From assembly GCA_013792075.1 (NCBI GenBank), contig VMSR01000302.1, positions 75 to 64,074 on the forward strand: a stretch of 64,000 nt of DNA. The letters are read 5' to 3'. The DNA comes from Desulfobacula sp. GTDB taxonomy: Bacteria; Desulfobacterota; Desulfobacteria; Desulfobacterales; Desulfobacteraceae. The position numbers and the translations under genes were made by a program. Of the stretch, positions 19,201 through 27,053 are shown in pieces (position 1 is the first letter of the stretch; each line of letters begins with the position of its first letter). Under the pieces are notes generated by a model. That model saw only the letters and a program-made list of their open reading frames with translations, did not search any database and had not been told where the DNA came from.

Positions 19201-20888
19201 TTGTCTTTCTGGGGAGGACGCGTCTCGATCTGAAAGGTGACCCGGCAAAACCGCTTGCCGGTCCTTCATTTTCAGCGTCGGCAGCCATCGGGCCCAGGGC
19301 AGGGGAGATTGCCCAGACCCTGGCGGATTTACACGCAGCAGGAATTGAGGCGACCTATCATACCTGCGATGTTACCGATCCTGAAGCCGTCCAGGCCATC
19401 CTGGGAGAAGTGATCGGCCGTTACGGCAAAATTGACGGGATCATTCACAGTGCCGGTGTCCTCAGGGACGGTCCCTTAAGCCGCATGACCCTGGATGATT
19501 TTTCCATGGTCACGGACGTCAAATTTCTGGGCGCCTGGAACCTCTACTCAGCGGCCAAGACTGCCGGCTTGAAGTTTTTTGCAGGCCTTTCCTCAGTCGC
19601 TGCAATCCAGGGGAGTCCCGGACAGGCAAATTATGTTGCCGCCAACCGGATGATGTCTGCCTTGCTCAGACATCTGAGCCTGAAAAACAGCACCATCCGC
19701 TTCAAGGCCTTGATGCTTCCTCCTGTTGAGGGAGCCGGCATGGCGGATGATCCGGAAATCCAGGCCCTGCTCAAGCAAAAAGGGGTTGCATATATTCATG
19801 TGAATGAGCTTGCAGGACTCATCTGCCGGGAACTTTTTGTCGCCCCGGCCGACGACAATTGGGTCATGTTCATGAAAAAACTGCCGTGTGTGAGGACGGT
19901 ATTGCTTAACGACAAAACCCGTCCCTTACCTTGCGGAGAGCTGGATTCCGGTCTTGTGTCCTTCAAACCTGAGGACTTTCCCATGATCGAAAAGATTTTA
20001 ACCCTGGACCTTTGTCAGGAAAAACTGGAAGCCTTCCGGTCTTTTTCTCTGGAAAAGGATCTCTGGATCACGGATCACAGGCCCTTCAAGTTCATCAAGC
20101 ATCCCATTGTCTCAGCCACCATGGTTCTGGAGACATTCATGGAAGCTGCCCGGATACTGTATCCCCACCTTCAGGTGCGGGGCGTTCGCAAGATCCGGCT
20201 CATGGACATGATTGAATGCCGGCCGGGGGTTCCGCGGCCGGCCAGCATCTCCTGCCGCAGGGCCGACAACAGCCTTGAAGCGGTATTGTGCGATATGTCC
20301 CTGTCAGCACAGGAGATTTCTCCGGCCGGGAGATTGACCGACCACTTTGCCCTGCAGTGCAGCGGTCAGGTGATCCTTGATGGCGGAGGAGAAACGCCCA
20401 AGAAGGGATTCCTGGATTTTCCCATCCGGCAGGACGAACTCAGGACCCGGCCCATGAATCGCAAAAAAGTATTGAAATGGTACAAAGACCGCAGCGGTCT
20501 GGGAGGACGGTATCGCGTCATAGAGTTTCTTGATGGTACGGGTCCGGGTGTCATACGGGGCCGGACGATTTATCCTGAGACATGTGACTTTGCAAATCTT
20601 TTGAACGTAAAATACCAATACTCCCCCTACCTTTTCGAGGCGCTTTTGCAATTGGTGTGCTGTCACATTGCTGTGACAGATCCATCAGAGCCCAGATCCA
20701 TGATTCCCCTGGAGATCGGGGAGATGCGGTGTTTCAGAAAAGTCCGGGCAGGAGAAAAGATAACGCTGGAGGCCAGATTGCGAACACAGGACGACGAAGT
20801 GCTCACCTGGGACACAAGGGGACTTGATGATCAGGGCGAAACCCTCATGCAGATTTTCGGGTTGCAGATGAAATGGATTTCAGATTGA
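13215..20888 (+). CDS. type I FAS/PKS-like megasynthase: degenerate ER-like + FabK/PfaD-type ER + KS + AT + ACP + KR + DH
   Basis: 2557-aa ORF. ER (about 14240-15200): ILYPFIQGAMSWITD, ICEGYEAGGHVG, ILAGGIF..GADAIQMGTAYLAT. Degenerate N-terminal copy (13215 to about 14200): LKGCEAAGFVG, ILIWGGVF. KS (about 15351-16730): SAACATSL (Cys 15957-15959), CHATSTRQGD, SQIGHTLGASG. AT (about 16810-17700): FPGQGAQYGGMG, GHSLGE (Ser 17070-17072), MAFHS. ACP (about 18105-18330): DLSIRSSRLPIIM. KR (about 18900-19800): SGGATGISAYLARGL, GQANYVAAN. DH hotdog (about 19960-20885): ITDHRPFKFIKHP. No thioesterase or reductase release domain. Confidence 0.9.
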   Translation: MSAEHQNSIIGFIWRPEEITPAVVQMVQRTGSHAVFDFSMIKGADDLYSCLRETDPDDLVRDIKISATAFTDPSLVRVLKKTGVHALWVECPLEVSDGDTSLFIEKLKEISKSYCCFPITGDTDLVAKILKDDPGIGRIVLKGCEAAGFVGRETTMALYSMAREMLRASSTPCDILIWGGVFIPEAAAAFLSTGAAGIIFESVHWLTDGVKIEDSQRECLRRIHPDSTDLVGLDVQVPCRLFNKGNSLAFKEIKAYEDSLCGATILAQDRHGFANRVNAKAVHPLKSLFSRDEVIFLGVEAAFAESFINRFGTQTEEAVRAFMDEIHGLCNLAEEKKKCFLDSPVAKEMGILYPFIQGAMSWITDVPEFALGVADAGGLPTIALGLMDAEMLDKKLGCLPKIMGERPYAVNVVALAENPFRGLHLAWIKKHRPRFAVIAGGDVSVIGELMESGIDVIYIAPDEALLKLALKAGVRYVICEGYEAGGHVGPHSTLTLAQMVLDLKQSTPSLFKNCRIILAGGIFNRETAFMAAMLGADAIQMGTAYLATREIVDTGALAPLYQQMILKSLPAGTVVSGRNTGLRVRSLRTPVVEVMLSLEREFAAGHRDETSFRVSMEKMAAGSLFTAARGMDRPGEALLDEKTCLERGQFMSGACAGLIRDVDNLKSFHRELVQGPLHMHQPVAGALETPLKIPVAGVKNTLNQVIPKRENHDRIAITGMSIVNTLGESPEEVWAASLAMKSGITLVPPSRWDHALYYDARPHTPDKTYCKVGAFLDFRVDRNELNIPPHDFRSMTEATRISMWLADRAIRESGILTSDIPRERIAVLMSQNSGEAAGTLPNIIIRAYVNDILAGIKQAVDLTPGQHRAIEQEIKSGRMAPDDTTLLGRLNCAAAGFICKQYGFMGPSYAVSAACATSLVALHCAIQMIQNGIIDAAVVGGGEDTLSHLHFLEFSALDALYGLSGQEKSAHETSCPFDAQRDGMVLGEGGAMIVIERESLARARGALVHAFVTGMGASNNHLGMVESSNVSQQMAIRASFKGTSYGPDAVDLVECHATSTRQGDLEEVRALKAIFPSSKRTVLSAFKSQIGHTLGASGISSLIRGVKAMKAKILPLTLNYSHPDPEINLEKSGLIISPAPLDWKSRTGEPRRLEVNAFGFGGSNYVVQVEQSMDEVDMVMVSHKPQTVSAHEDLKVVPLALVFPGQGAQYGGMGQELYASFPIIKEWMDRAAAVADFDLLGLMFHDQEENLQKTRWQQPAMFAMENAMARYLISLGIRPVAMAGHSLGELTALCLAGVYSPEDGFRIVNKRALCMDKAASENIDPGVMAATDAPLDLLKKMIQDCNDIHIGNINSPKQIVLSGNTQEMRDFSKKLKEQGHRTTLLRVSMAFHSPAMKVIHDELAAYIAAIEFHSPQIPVISNTTQIPYPSDPDEIKKILMAHLESPVHWMDNVQSLWNTYGARLFVEVGPGDVLSNLIADTLPGSACIQTCLRSSEGLTFKAALAQLFAQGQLKVKGEPKGILLPALKKTQEPLRIIPALALRPQTSLHPDENPMEQIIQREINRFVMENSGQFLKSNILEAIRHELNPKFKEGDLSSVIKSMFGGFEPPEGLKLLAPVSVEPSGPAAGGEDIMEKLIRIIMDATGYNRDEIQPDMDLRKDLSIRSSRLPIIMDAAEHQFGITIELEDFIDVRTVNDIALGISKITARQENNRRQESSEALDPDTLPDEHLKSSTDAASLNRLVFADAAIELGALIPMELSPGESVLFLSSDQDDKIAQRTGDILRTDYRVKTFPMGVLQESLDSGKTGHDIRTEKGALQAADKIATLLPVSGMVITLGQDGPIISSSMADVSQLLKGFFVLLKAFLESPAKKFILLIHSGEDIETPVRLLTQGMLGLFLSAAQEYPSIQFRTLAIEKDTDLQKAVHNALDRGCKLVEMIHQDGKLLTSEGGLAPSIFRDSSGLNLNPGSVIVMSGGATGISAYLARGLAPFMPRLVFLGRTRLDLKGDPAKPLAGPSFSASAAIGPRAGEIAQTLADLHAAGIEATYHTCDVTDPEAVQAILGEVIGRYGKIDGIIHSAGVLRDGPLSRMTLDDFSMVTDVKFLGAWNLYSAAKTAGLKFFAGLSSVAAIQGSPGQANYVAANRMMSALLRHLSLKNSTIRFKALMLPPVEGAGMADDPEIQALLKQKGVAYIHVNELAGLICRELFVAPADDNWVMFMKKLPCVRTVLLNDKTRPLPCGELDSGLVSFKPEDFPMIEKILTLDLCQEKLEAFRSFSLEKDLWITDHRPFKFIKHPIVSATMVLETFMEAARILYPHLQVRGVRKIRLMDMIECRPGVPRPASISCRRADNSLEAVLCDMSLSAQEISPAGRLTDHFALQCSGQVILDGGGETPKKGFLDFPIRQDELRTRPMNRKKVLKWYKDRSGLGGRYRVIEFLDGTGPGVIRGRTIYPETCDFANLLNVKYQYSPYLFEALLQLVCCHIAVTDPSEPRSMIPLEIGEMRCFRKVRAGEKITLEARLRTQDDEVLTWDTRGLDDQGETLMQIFGLQMKWISD

Positions 20889-20936
20889 TCATGAAGCGGT
20901 CCGGCAGATGGCTGATCAAAATAGACAGGAGCGGAT

Positions 20937-21746
20937 ATGGTGAGGCAGAATCAAGAAATTTTTGTTCAGACAATAAATTTTTTTCATGGAAAAGGTCCTG
21001 TCTTCTATGCATCACTGCCCTGCGGGTCAGGCCAAAGACATCATCTGGTCTCAGGGCTGTGGGATCACCTTGTTGCTGTTAAAACTCCGGTTTGGATGGG
21101 AAGGCCAGATATCAGCAAAGAGGCTTTCCCCATCCGGATCATCCGGGGCCCCCTTGGCAAACCTCAACTCCTCCTTGGAGGACATCGAGGTCCGGCAGTC
21201 TCTTTTTGCGAGAGCGGCCAGAACGTCTGGGCGGCTCTGTGTGGAGATGAGCATGATATCGGCATTGATGTGGCGCAACCCCATGAATTCCAAGGCAAAT
21301 ACCCTTTTAACCGGGTGTTTCACCCATCAGAACTTCAGCACGCTGTAAAACTGTTGGGCGAGGATTTAAAAAAAGCGGCAGCCTTGCTCTGGTCTATCAA
21401 GGAAGCGGTTGCAAAGGCCTTGGGATGTGCATTTCATCTTGTGGACCCGCGGCAGATGGTGGTGTATCCGTCAATATCTAGTAGCGCCACAGGGCGAGCG
21501 GCAACGGAAAGCTATGTATATGATTTTCCGGTGGGGTTATCACAAAAGGCCGTCATGCGGTTTCCCATGGCTGCGGGCCGGGCCTTACGGGTACGTTCGG
21601 TTTTTCATGAAAAAATGTGGCTTTCCATTGCCCTGTTGAATTGGCAGCAACGTTTGAATGACGGGGCAGATGACGGGAAAAGCAGGTTTGTTACCCACAG
21701 ATACAGTCCAAAATACAGCCAAAAAATACAGATTGGAGCGTTATGA
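20937..21746 (+). CDS. 4'-phosphopantetheinyl transferase (Sfp-type)
   Basis: 269-aa ORF after AGGAG. Motifs: DIGIDVAQPHEF (GxD metal site) and LWSIKEAVAKALG (W/FxxKEAxxK). Confidence 0.8.
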   Translation: MVRQNQEIFVQTINFFHGKGPVFYASLPCGSGQRHHLVSGLWDHLVAVKTPVWMGRPDISKEAFPIRIIRGPLGKPQLLLGGHRGPAVSFCESGQNVWAALCGDEHDIGIDVAQPHEFQGKYPFNRVFHPSELQHAVKLLGEDLKKAAALLWSIKEAVAKALGCAFHLVDPRQMVVYPSISSSATGRAATESYVYDFPVGLSQKAVMRFPMAAGRALRVRSVFHEKMWLSIALLNWQQRLNDGADDGKSRFVTHRYSPKYSQKIQIGAL

Positions 21747-22696
21747 CCCAAAACCCTGAATATGCAATTGAAGTTACCAACCTGACCCGTCGCTACAAGG
21801 GGTTTGCTGCAGTTGACGACATATCGTTTACCGTCAGGAAAGGTGAGGTCTTTGCCCTGCTGGGCCCCAATGGTGCAGGCAAGACCACGACCGTCGAGAT
21901 CATCAATACCATCAGAAAACCCACATCCGGCAAAGTGACCCTTCTTGGAATGGACGTCACCCAAAAAAAGTATAAAATCATCCCCCGCATTGGCGTCCTT
22001 CCGCAAGGGTTCAGCACCTTTGACCGGATAACGGTTAAAGAAACCCTGCAGTATTACTCCCGGCTTTTTTGCAACCCGAACACCGATATCAATGGGCTGA
22101 TAGCGCTTGTGAATCTCCAGGACAAGGTCAAGGTACAATACAGGAACCTCTCTGGAGGATTGAAACAGCGCCTTGGAATCGCTGTTGCGCTGGTGAACGA
22201 CCCCGAAGTTGTGTTCCTGGACGAGCCCACGACCGGGCTTGACCCCCGGGCCCGGCGGGAGGTGTGGAAAGTTCTGCTGGGCCTTAAAAAAAAAGGGAAG
22301 ACCCTATTTCTTACCACACACTACATGGAGGAAGCAGAACTTCTTGCAGACACGGTGGCCATTGTCGCAAAAGGGAAGATCACGGCCATGGGATCTCCGG
22401 GAGAACTCATCGAAAACAATGCCAATTACCTGGTCGCCATGCTGAAGTCTGTGGATGAAAATGTTTTTGAAATCGTCAGAAACATGGGGCTTGCGCCGGC
22501 CTATGACAGCCAGGGACACATCAAGGTCAGGCTTACGCACACGGAAGATGTCCGAAGGCTGCTCAACACGGTCAAGGACAGCGGGGCGTCGTTTGCCGGA
22601 CTGGACGTCCGCAAGCCCAATCTGGAAGAGGTCTTCCTGAAACTTACCGATGAACCACTTGCGCAAGGCTTTGTCCGTATAAAGGGGGCAGAATGA
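21743..22696 (+). CDS. ABC transporter ATP-binding protein
   Basis: Walker A GPNGAGKTT, signature LSGGLKQR, Walker B VVFLDEPTTGLD. ATGA overlap with the PPTase stop. Confidence 0.9.
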   Translation: MTQNPEYAIEVTNLTRRYKGFAAVDDISFTVRKGEVFALLGPNGAGKTTTVEIINTIRKPTSGKVTLLGMDVTQKKYKIIPRIGVLPQGFSTFDRITVKETLQYYSRLFCNPNTDINGLIALVNLQDKVKVQYRNLSGGLKQRLGIAVALVNDPEVVFLDEPTTGLDPRARREVWKVLLGLKKKGKTLFLTTHYMEEAELLADTVAIVAKGKITAMGSPGELIENNANYLVAMLKSVDENVFEIVRNMGLAPAYDSQGHIKVRLTHTEDVRRLLNTVKDSGASFAGLDVRKPNLEEVFLKLTDEPLAQGFVRIKGAE

Positions 22697-23826
22697 AGCT
22701 GCACATCCTCCATGCAAACATCATTTATGCCAATATCATCGTGAGCATCAAGAGCTTCTACCGCGAGAAAACGGTGGTATTTTTCAGGCTTGCCTTCCCG
22801 GTCATCCTGATACTCGTTTTTGGCACCATTTTCATGGAAAGAGACAATGAAATTTTTGACCTAAGCATTCAGGACCTGGACCGGACACCCTCATCCGAAC
22901 AACTCGTGGAAGCGATTCGTCTCAGCAAAAGATTCACCATCACAAAGGTCTCTCCTGCTGTTGATGCAAAAACCTATGCCAAGACCCATAAGCGCAATCT
23001 GATTGTCATTATTCCCAAAGACTTTGAAATGTCCATGATGCAGAAAATGGAATCCGATACCTTTGGCACACCCGTCAGCCTCAACCAGTTATACGACCCC
23101 AGCGCCTTTGGGGTGACGACCAAACTAGGGGTGCTGGACATGGTGCTGGCCGGGATAAACCAGGAAATGTCCGGTAAACCGCCGCTCATTGTATCGGAAC
23201 CCATATCCATACTTAAAAAGAAATATCGGTTTATCGAGTTTTTTGTCCCCGGGATCATTGCCATGGCAGTGATGACGGCAAGCCTGTTCGGTGCGGTGAA
23301 CGTCAATGCCGAACTCCGGCAGAAAGGCGTCATCAGAAAGCTTTTCACCACCCCCATTACCCGGATTGACTGGATTCTGTCAAACGTCCTGTACCAGTTC
23401 ATTCTTGCGGTTCTGTCCACAGCGGTGATGTTGCTGGTGAGCTATGTCGTGTTCAGTGTTAGTCTTGAGATAAATGCCTGGCTTGTGGTGTTTATTGCCC
23501 TTGACGTTTTTTCATTTGTCGGGCTCGGCATGATTCTCACCCGCGTTGCCAAGGAGGCTGAAAGTGCTTCGGCCGCGGCCGATGCCCTGATGTTTCCCAT
23601 GATGTTCCTCTCAGGAACATTCTTCCCTGTGGAGATGATGCCTGAATTTCTGCAGAAGTTTGCCAGGGTTCTGCCGCTGTATTATGTGAACGAGGGACTC
23701 AGGGCCGCCATGGTATCCGTGGATCACGCAGCTGCCCTGAAATGTGCCCTGACCATCGGGGCGTTTGCCGCTGTGGTGTTTGTTCTCGGCAGCATGATAA
23801 CCACATTGGGCGGAGAGAGCACATGA
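22693..23826 (+). CDS. ABC-2 type transporter permease
   Basis: 377-aa ORF with an N-terminal TM helix, a large extracytoplasmic loop, then 5 C-terminal TM helices. ATGA overlap with the ATPase gene. Confidence 0.8.
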   Translation: MKLHILHANIIYANIIVSIKSFYREKTVVFFRLAFPVILILVFGTIFMERDNEIFDLSIQDLDRTPSSEQLVEAIRLSKRFTITKVSPAVDAKTYAKTHKRNLIVIIPKDFEMSMMQKMESDTFGTPVSLNQLYDPSAFGVTTKLGVLDMVLAGINQEMSGKPPLIVSEPISILKKKYRFIEFFVPGIIAMAVMTASLFGAVNVNAELRQKGVIRKLFTTPITRIDWILSNVLYQFILAVLSTAVMLLVSYVVFSVSLEINAWLVVFIALDVFSFVGLGMILTRVAKEAESASAAADALMFPMMFLSGTFFPVEMMPEFLQKFARVLPLYYVNEGLRAAMVSVDHAAALKCALTIGAFAAVVFVLGSMITTLGGEST

Positions 23827-24765
23827 TTTTCAATGCACGGGACAAGATCACCCGGGGGCTGTTGTCATTGGCCGGGCCTTTGCCCCTTAATCTCTACTAC
23901 CGGCACCATTTTCCATTGCCCTCGGTCATCTTGATCGAGAACACAAACTGCTGCAACGCGCGCTGTGTGATGTGCCCCCGTGAGAAGCTGACCCGAAAAC
24001 CAGGCTTTATGGCCTTTGAAGTGTTCGAGAAAATTATCAGAGATGTATCCGGCGCCAGACGAAAACCTGTCGTGCATCTGCACGGGTTTGGAGAGCCGCT
24101 GCTGGATGAGGTGCTGCCCGACCGGATCAAACTTGCAAAGGCCTTTGGCATAAAGCATACCTATCTGGTTACCAATGCGTCGCTATTATTTCCCGAGACC
24201 GCCAGAAAGATTATTGGTGCTGGGCTGGACAGGATGAAAATCAGTTTTTACGGCACGGATGATGAATCCTATTGCCGCACCATGAGAGGGCTGGATTTCA
24301 AGGTGGCGTTGAACAACGTCAGGGAATTTGTAAAAATAAGAAAGGAAATGAAAAAAAAAGACGCCGAAACTGATCCTTCAATACCTGCCTCAAACGACCA
24401 ATGGTGCTGCGACAAAAGAATTCAAATCCCTGTGGCGCTCTGTTCTGGATAAGCGGATGGGTGACTGCCTGAATATTAGTTCTCCGGACAATTTTGGCGG
24501 CGGAAGGGCTTACAATTCTGTTGAAAAAAAAATAGTGTCTGTCTGTTTTTATCCCTGGTCAGCCCTGTCCGTGCTCTGTGACGGCAAGGCCGTGACCTGC
24601 TGCATGGATTACAATGGCGTTCAGGAAGTGGGGGATGTGAACTTGCACAGTGTCAAGGAAATCTGGAACGGGCCTGTAATGTCCGACATCAGAAAAAACT
24701 TCGGCAGGCTTGACTATGGCGGATTTCCAGCCTGTCAGTGCTGTGACTGGGTACACAGGGGATAA
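23823..24765 (+). pseudogene. radical SAM / SPASM-like protein interrupted by a +1 frame change at an A9 run (two ORF fragments: 23823-24452 and 24457-24765)
   Basis: The ATG at 23823 overlaps the permease stop. The CNARCVMC (CxxxCxxC) cluster and GFGEPLLD are in fragment 1. The Cys-rich C-terminal part (CFYPWSALSVLCDGKAVTCCMDYNG...CQCCDW) is in fragment 2. Removing one A from the run at 24351-24359 gives a continuous reading: ..EMKKKTPKLILQYLPQTTNGAATKEFKSLWRSVLDKRMGDCLNISSPDNFGG.. Confidence 0.75.
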
Positions 24766-24778
24766 GGGGAGGCGGCAG

Positions 24779-25747
24779 ATGAAAAAAAAGATATTCTTTA
24801 TATGCGGCTCCATGAATCAGACCACCCAGATGCATCAGATTGCAGGACACCTTGGCGATTATGACCACGCGTTCTCACCCTTCTACGTCCACGGATTTGA
24901 CGCGTTTCTCAAAAAGGTCGGAATGATCGAATTCACCATTGCCGGAAACAAACTGGCCAACCGTTGCCGGGACTATCTTCAGGACCAGGGTCTGCCCATG
25001 GACGAAAAAGGTCGCAATCGACCCTACGACCTGGTGGTGACCTGCTCGGATGTGTATTTGCAGAAGAACATCAGGGGAGATCGGATGGTGCTGGTTCAGG
25101 AAGGGATTACAGACCCGGAATCTTTCATGTTCCATCTTGTCAACCGGTTCCGATTCCTTCCGCTCTGGTTTGCGGGCAATGCATTGACCGGTCTCAGTGA
25201 TGCATATGAGGTGTTCTGTGTTGCAAGCGAAGGGTATCGGGACTTTTTCATAAAAAAAGGTGTGCGTGCCGAGAAGATTGTTGTTACGGGGATACCCAAT
25301 TTCGACAATTGCCGGCAATATGCCGGCAACACCTTTCCCTACAAGAATTATGTGCTGGCCTGTACGTCTGCGCTGAGGGAGACCCTCCAGTTCGAAAACC
25401 GCAAGGCTTTTATCCGAAAAGCTGTTGAGATCGCAGGTCCACGGCAGCTTATCTTCAAGCTTCACCCGAGCGAAAAAGTTAGGCGTGCCACCCGGGAAAT
25501 AAACACGTATGCCCCCGGGGCCATGGTGTTTTCCACCGGTAACGCAGAAGAAATGATCGCAAACTGTGATGTTCTGATTACCCGGTTTTCTTCGACAGCC
25601 CTTGTCGGCCTTGCCCTGGGCAAGGAAACCCACTCAGACTTCAATATGGAAGAAATGCGTCGATTGACGCCTATACAGAACGGTTCGGCGGCCCTGAACA
25701 TTGCCAGTGTCTGCCGCCGGCTTCTTGAAAGTGAGGATTTATGTTAA
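24779..25747 (+). CDS. GT-B-fold glycosyltransferase-like protein (GT28/MGDG-synthase-like; tentative)
   Basis: The ATG at 24779 follows GGGGAGG. N-terminal KKIFFICGSMNQTTQMHQIA and C-terminal MIANCDVLITRFSSTALVGLALGKE resemble the two Rossmann halves of GT-B enzymes. The family is not firmly recognised. Confidence 0.45.
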   Translation: MKKKIFFICGSMNQTTQMHQIAGHLGDYDHAFSPFYVHGFDAFLKKVGMIEFTIAGNKLANRCRDYLQDQGLPMDEKGRNRPYDLVVTCSDVYLQKNIRGDRMVLVQEGITDPESFMFHLVNRFRFLPLWFAGNALTGLSDAYEVFCVASEGYRDFFIKKGVRAEKIVVTGIPNFDNCRQYAGNTFPYKNYVLACTSALRETLQFENRKAFIRKAVEIAGPRQLIFKLHPSEKVRRATREINTYAPGAMVFSTGNAEEMIANCDVLITRFSSTALVGLALGKETHSDFNMEEMRRLTPIQNGSAALNIASVCRRLLESEDLC

Positions 25748-26997
25748 GTCAATTCATTGATATTGCAAGTCAAAAAATACGCGCCAAGCGAATGGAATAT
25801 TTTGGAAAGCACCCGGATGTCTATACAAAAATAGTTGCATATACCCGGTCAAATCTGGTAAGGGCGTTGGGATATTATCCGTATTATCCGAAAATTGAAA
25901 AATCCAATGCCACTGAAGTGACCATTGACGGACGGCAGATAACCATGCTGGGGTCTAATAATTATCTTGGACTTACCAATCACCCCAAAGTGATTGAAGC
26001 AGGGGTCAAAGCGTTACAAGAATATGGGTCTGGATTGACCGGCAGCCGTTTGCTGAACGGAAATGTCCTCCTGCATGATCAATTGGAAGAAGACCTGGCT
26101 GATTTTGTTCACATGGAAAACGCGTTGGTGTTTTCCACTGGATTTGGTACAAATTTAGGAACCATCTCTACAATCTGTGGTCCCGATGATTTGATTTTCA
26201 GTGATGAATATAACCATGCTTCCATTGTAGACGGTATCCGTTTTTCCGGTGCACGAAAATGTAAATACAAACACAACGACATGCAGGATCTGGAAGAAAA
26301 ACTGGCTTTTGCAGATCCCAAATACCCCCGGTTCATTGTTACCGACGGCGTCTTCAGTATGGAAGGAGATATTGCCAAATTGGATGAATTGACGGCCTTA
26401 TCTAAAAAATATTCGTCACGCCTGATGGTGGATGATGCACATTCTATTGGAATTTTAGGTCCCCATGGCGAAGGAACTGCTGCACATTTTGGTGTCACGG
26501 AGGACATGGACCTGATTATGGGGACCTTCAGCAAATCCCTGGGGTGTGTCGGCGGATTTATTGCCGGTGAAAAAATGGTCATCGAATATTTAAAGCATCA
26601 TTGCCGAACCATGATCTTTACGGCATCCCTGCCGCCTTCCAATGTGGCCTCTGTGACGGCTGCCTTAGAAATTATCAAGGCAGAACCGGAACGCCGTGAA
26701 CGTGTGATGGAAAATGCCCAATTTATGCGGAATGGGTTAAAATCATTGGGATTTGATATCGGTGAAAGCACCACCCCGATCATTCCCATTGTTATCGGTA
26801 AAGATCTCAAAACCTTTCAGGTATGGAAAGACTTAATGGACGCGGGTGTTTACACAAATCCCATCATTTCACCGGCGGTCCCTCAAGGCAGAGCCCTGTT
26901 GCGTACCAGCTACATGGCAACCCATACGCGCAAACAATTGGAATTTTGTCTTGATATGTTTGAAAAAGTCGGCAGAAAAGCCCGCATTATCGGCTAA
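25741..26997 (+). CDS. PLP-dependent alpha-oxoamine synthase (serine palmitoyltransferase / 8-amino-7-oxononanoate synthase family)
   Basis: 418-aa ORF. Motifs: GSNNYLGLTNHP, GSGLTGSRLLNGN, MVDDAHSIGILGPHGEG, GTFSKSLGCVGGFIAG (PLP lysine). The start overlaps the upstream stop. Confidence 0.9.
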   Translation: MLSQFIDIASQKIRAKRMEYFGKHPDVYTKIVAYTRSNLVRALGYYPYYPKIEKSNATEVTIDGRQITMLGSNNYLGLTNHPKVIEAGVKALQEYGSGLTGSRLLNGNVLLHDQLEEDLADFVHMENALVFSTGFGTNLGTISTICGPDDLIFSDEYNHASIVDGIRFSGARKCKYKHNDMQDLEEKLAFADPKYPRFIVTDGVFSMEGDIAKLDELTALSKKYSSRLMVDDAHSIGILGPHGEGTAAHFGVTEDMDLIMGTFSKSLGCVGGFIAGEKMVIEYLKHHCRTMIFTASLPPSNVASVTAALEIIKAEPERRERVMENAQFMRNGLKSLGFDIGESTTPIIPIVIGKDLKTFQVWKDLMDAGVYTNPIISPAVPQGRALLRTSYMATHTRKQLEFCLDMFEKVGRKARIIG

Positions 26998-27053
26998 AAA
27001 AGGAAAGACTGTGAAACATAAGCCTGTATCATCCCAGACGTGTGACCGTTAGA

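Noticed and set aside
13295-20666. Dozens of 60-224-aa minus-strand and off-frame ORFs inside the megasynthase gene (for example 16608-17261, 17891-18565, 15966-16490).
   Set aside because: All lie within an uninterrupted 2557-aa ORF that has recognisable catalytic motifs in order. They have no starts with RBS and show low-complexity or Arg/Ser/Pro-rich translations typical of antisense frames.
24875-25633. 252-aa minus-strand ORF.
   Set aside because: It is antisense to the GT-B-like gene, which sits in an operon with overlapping start/stop codons. No RBS or motif.
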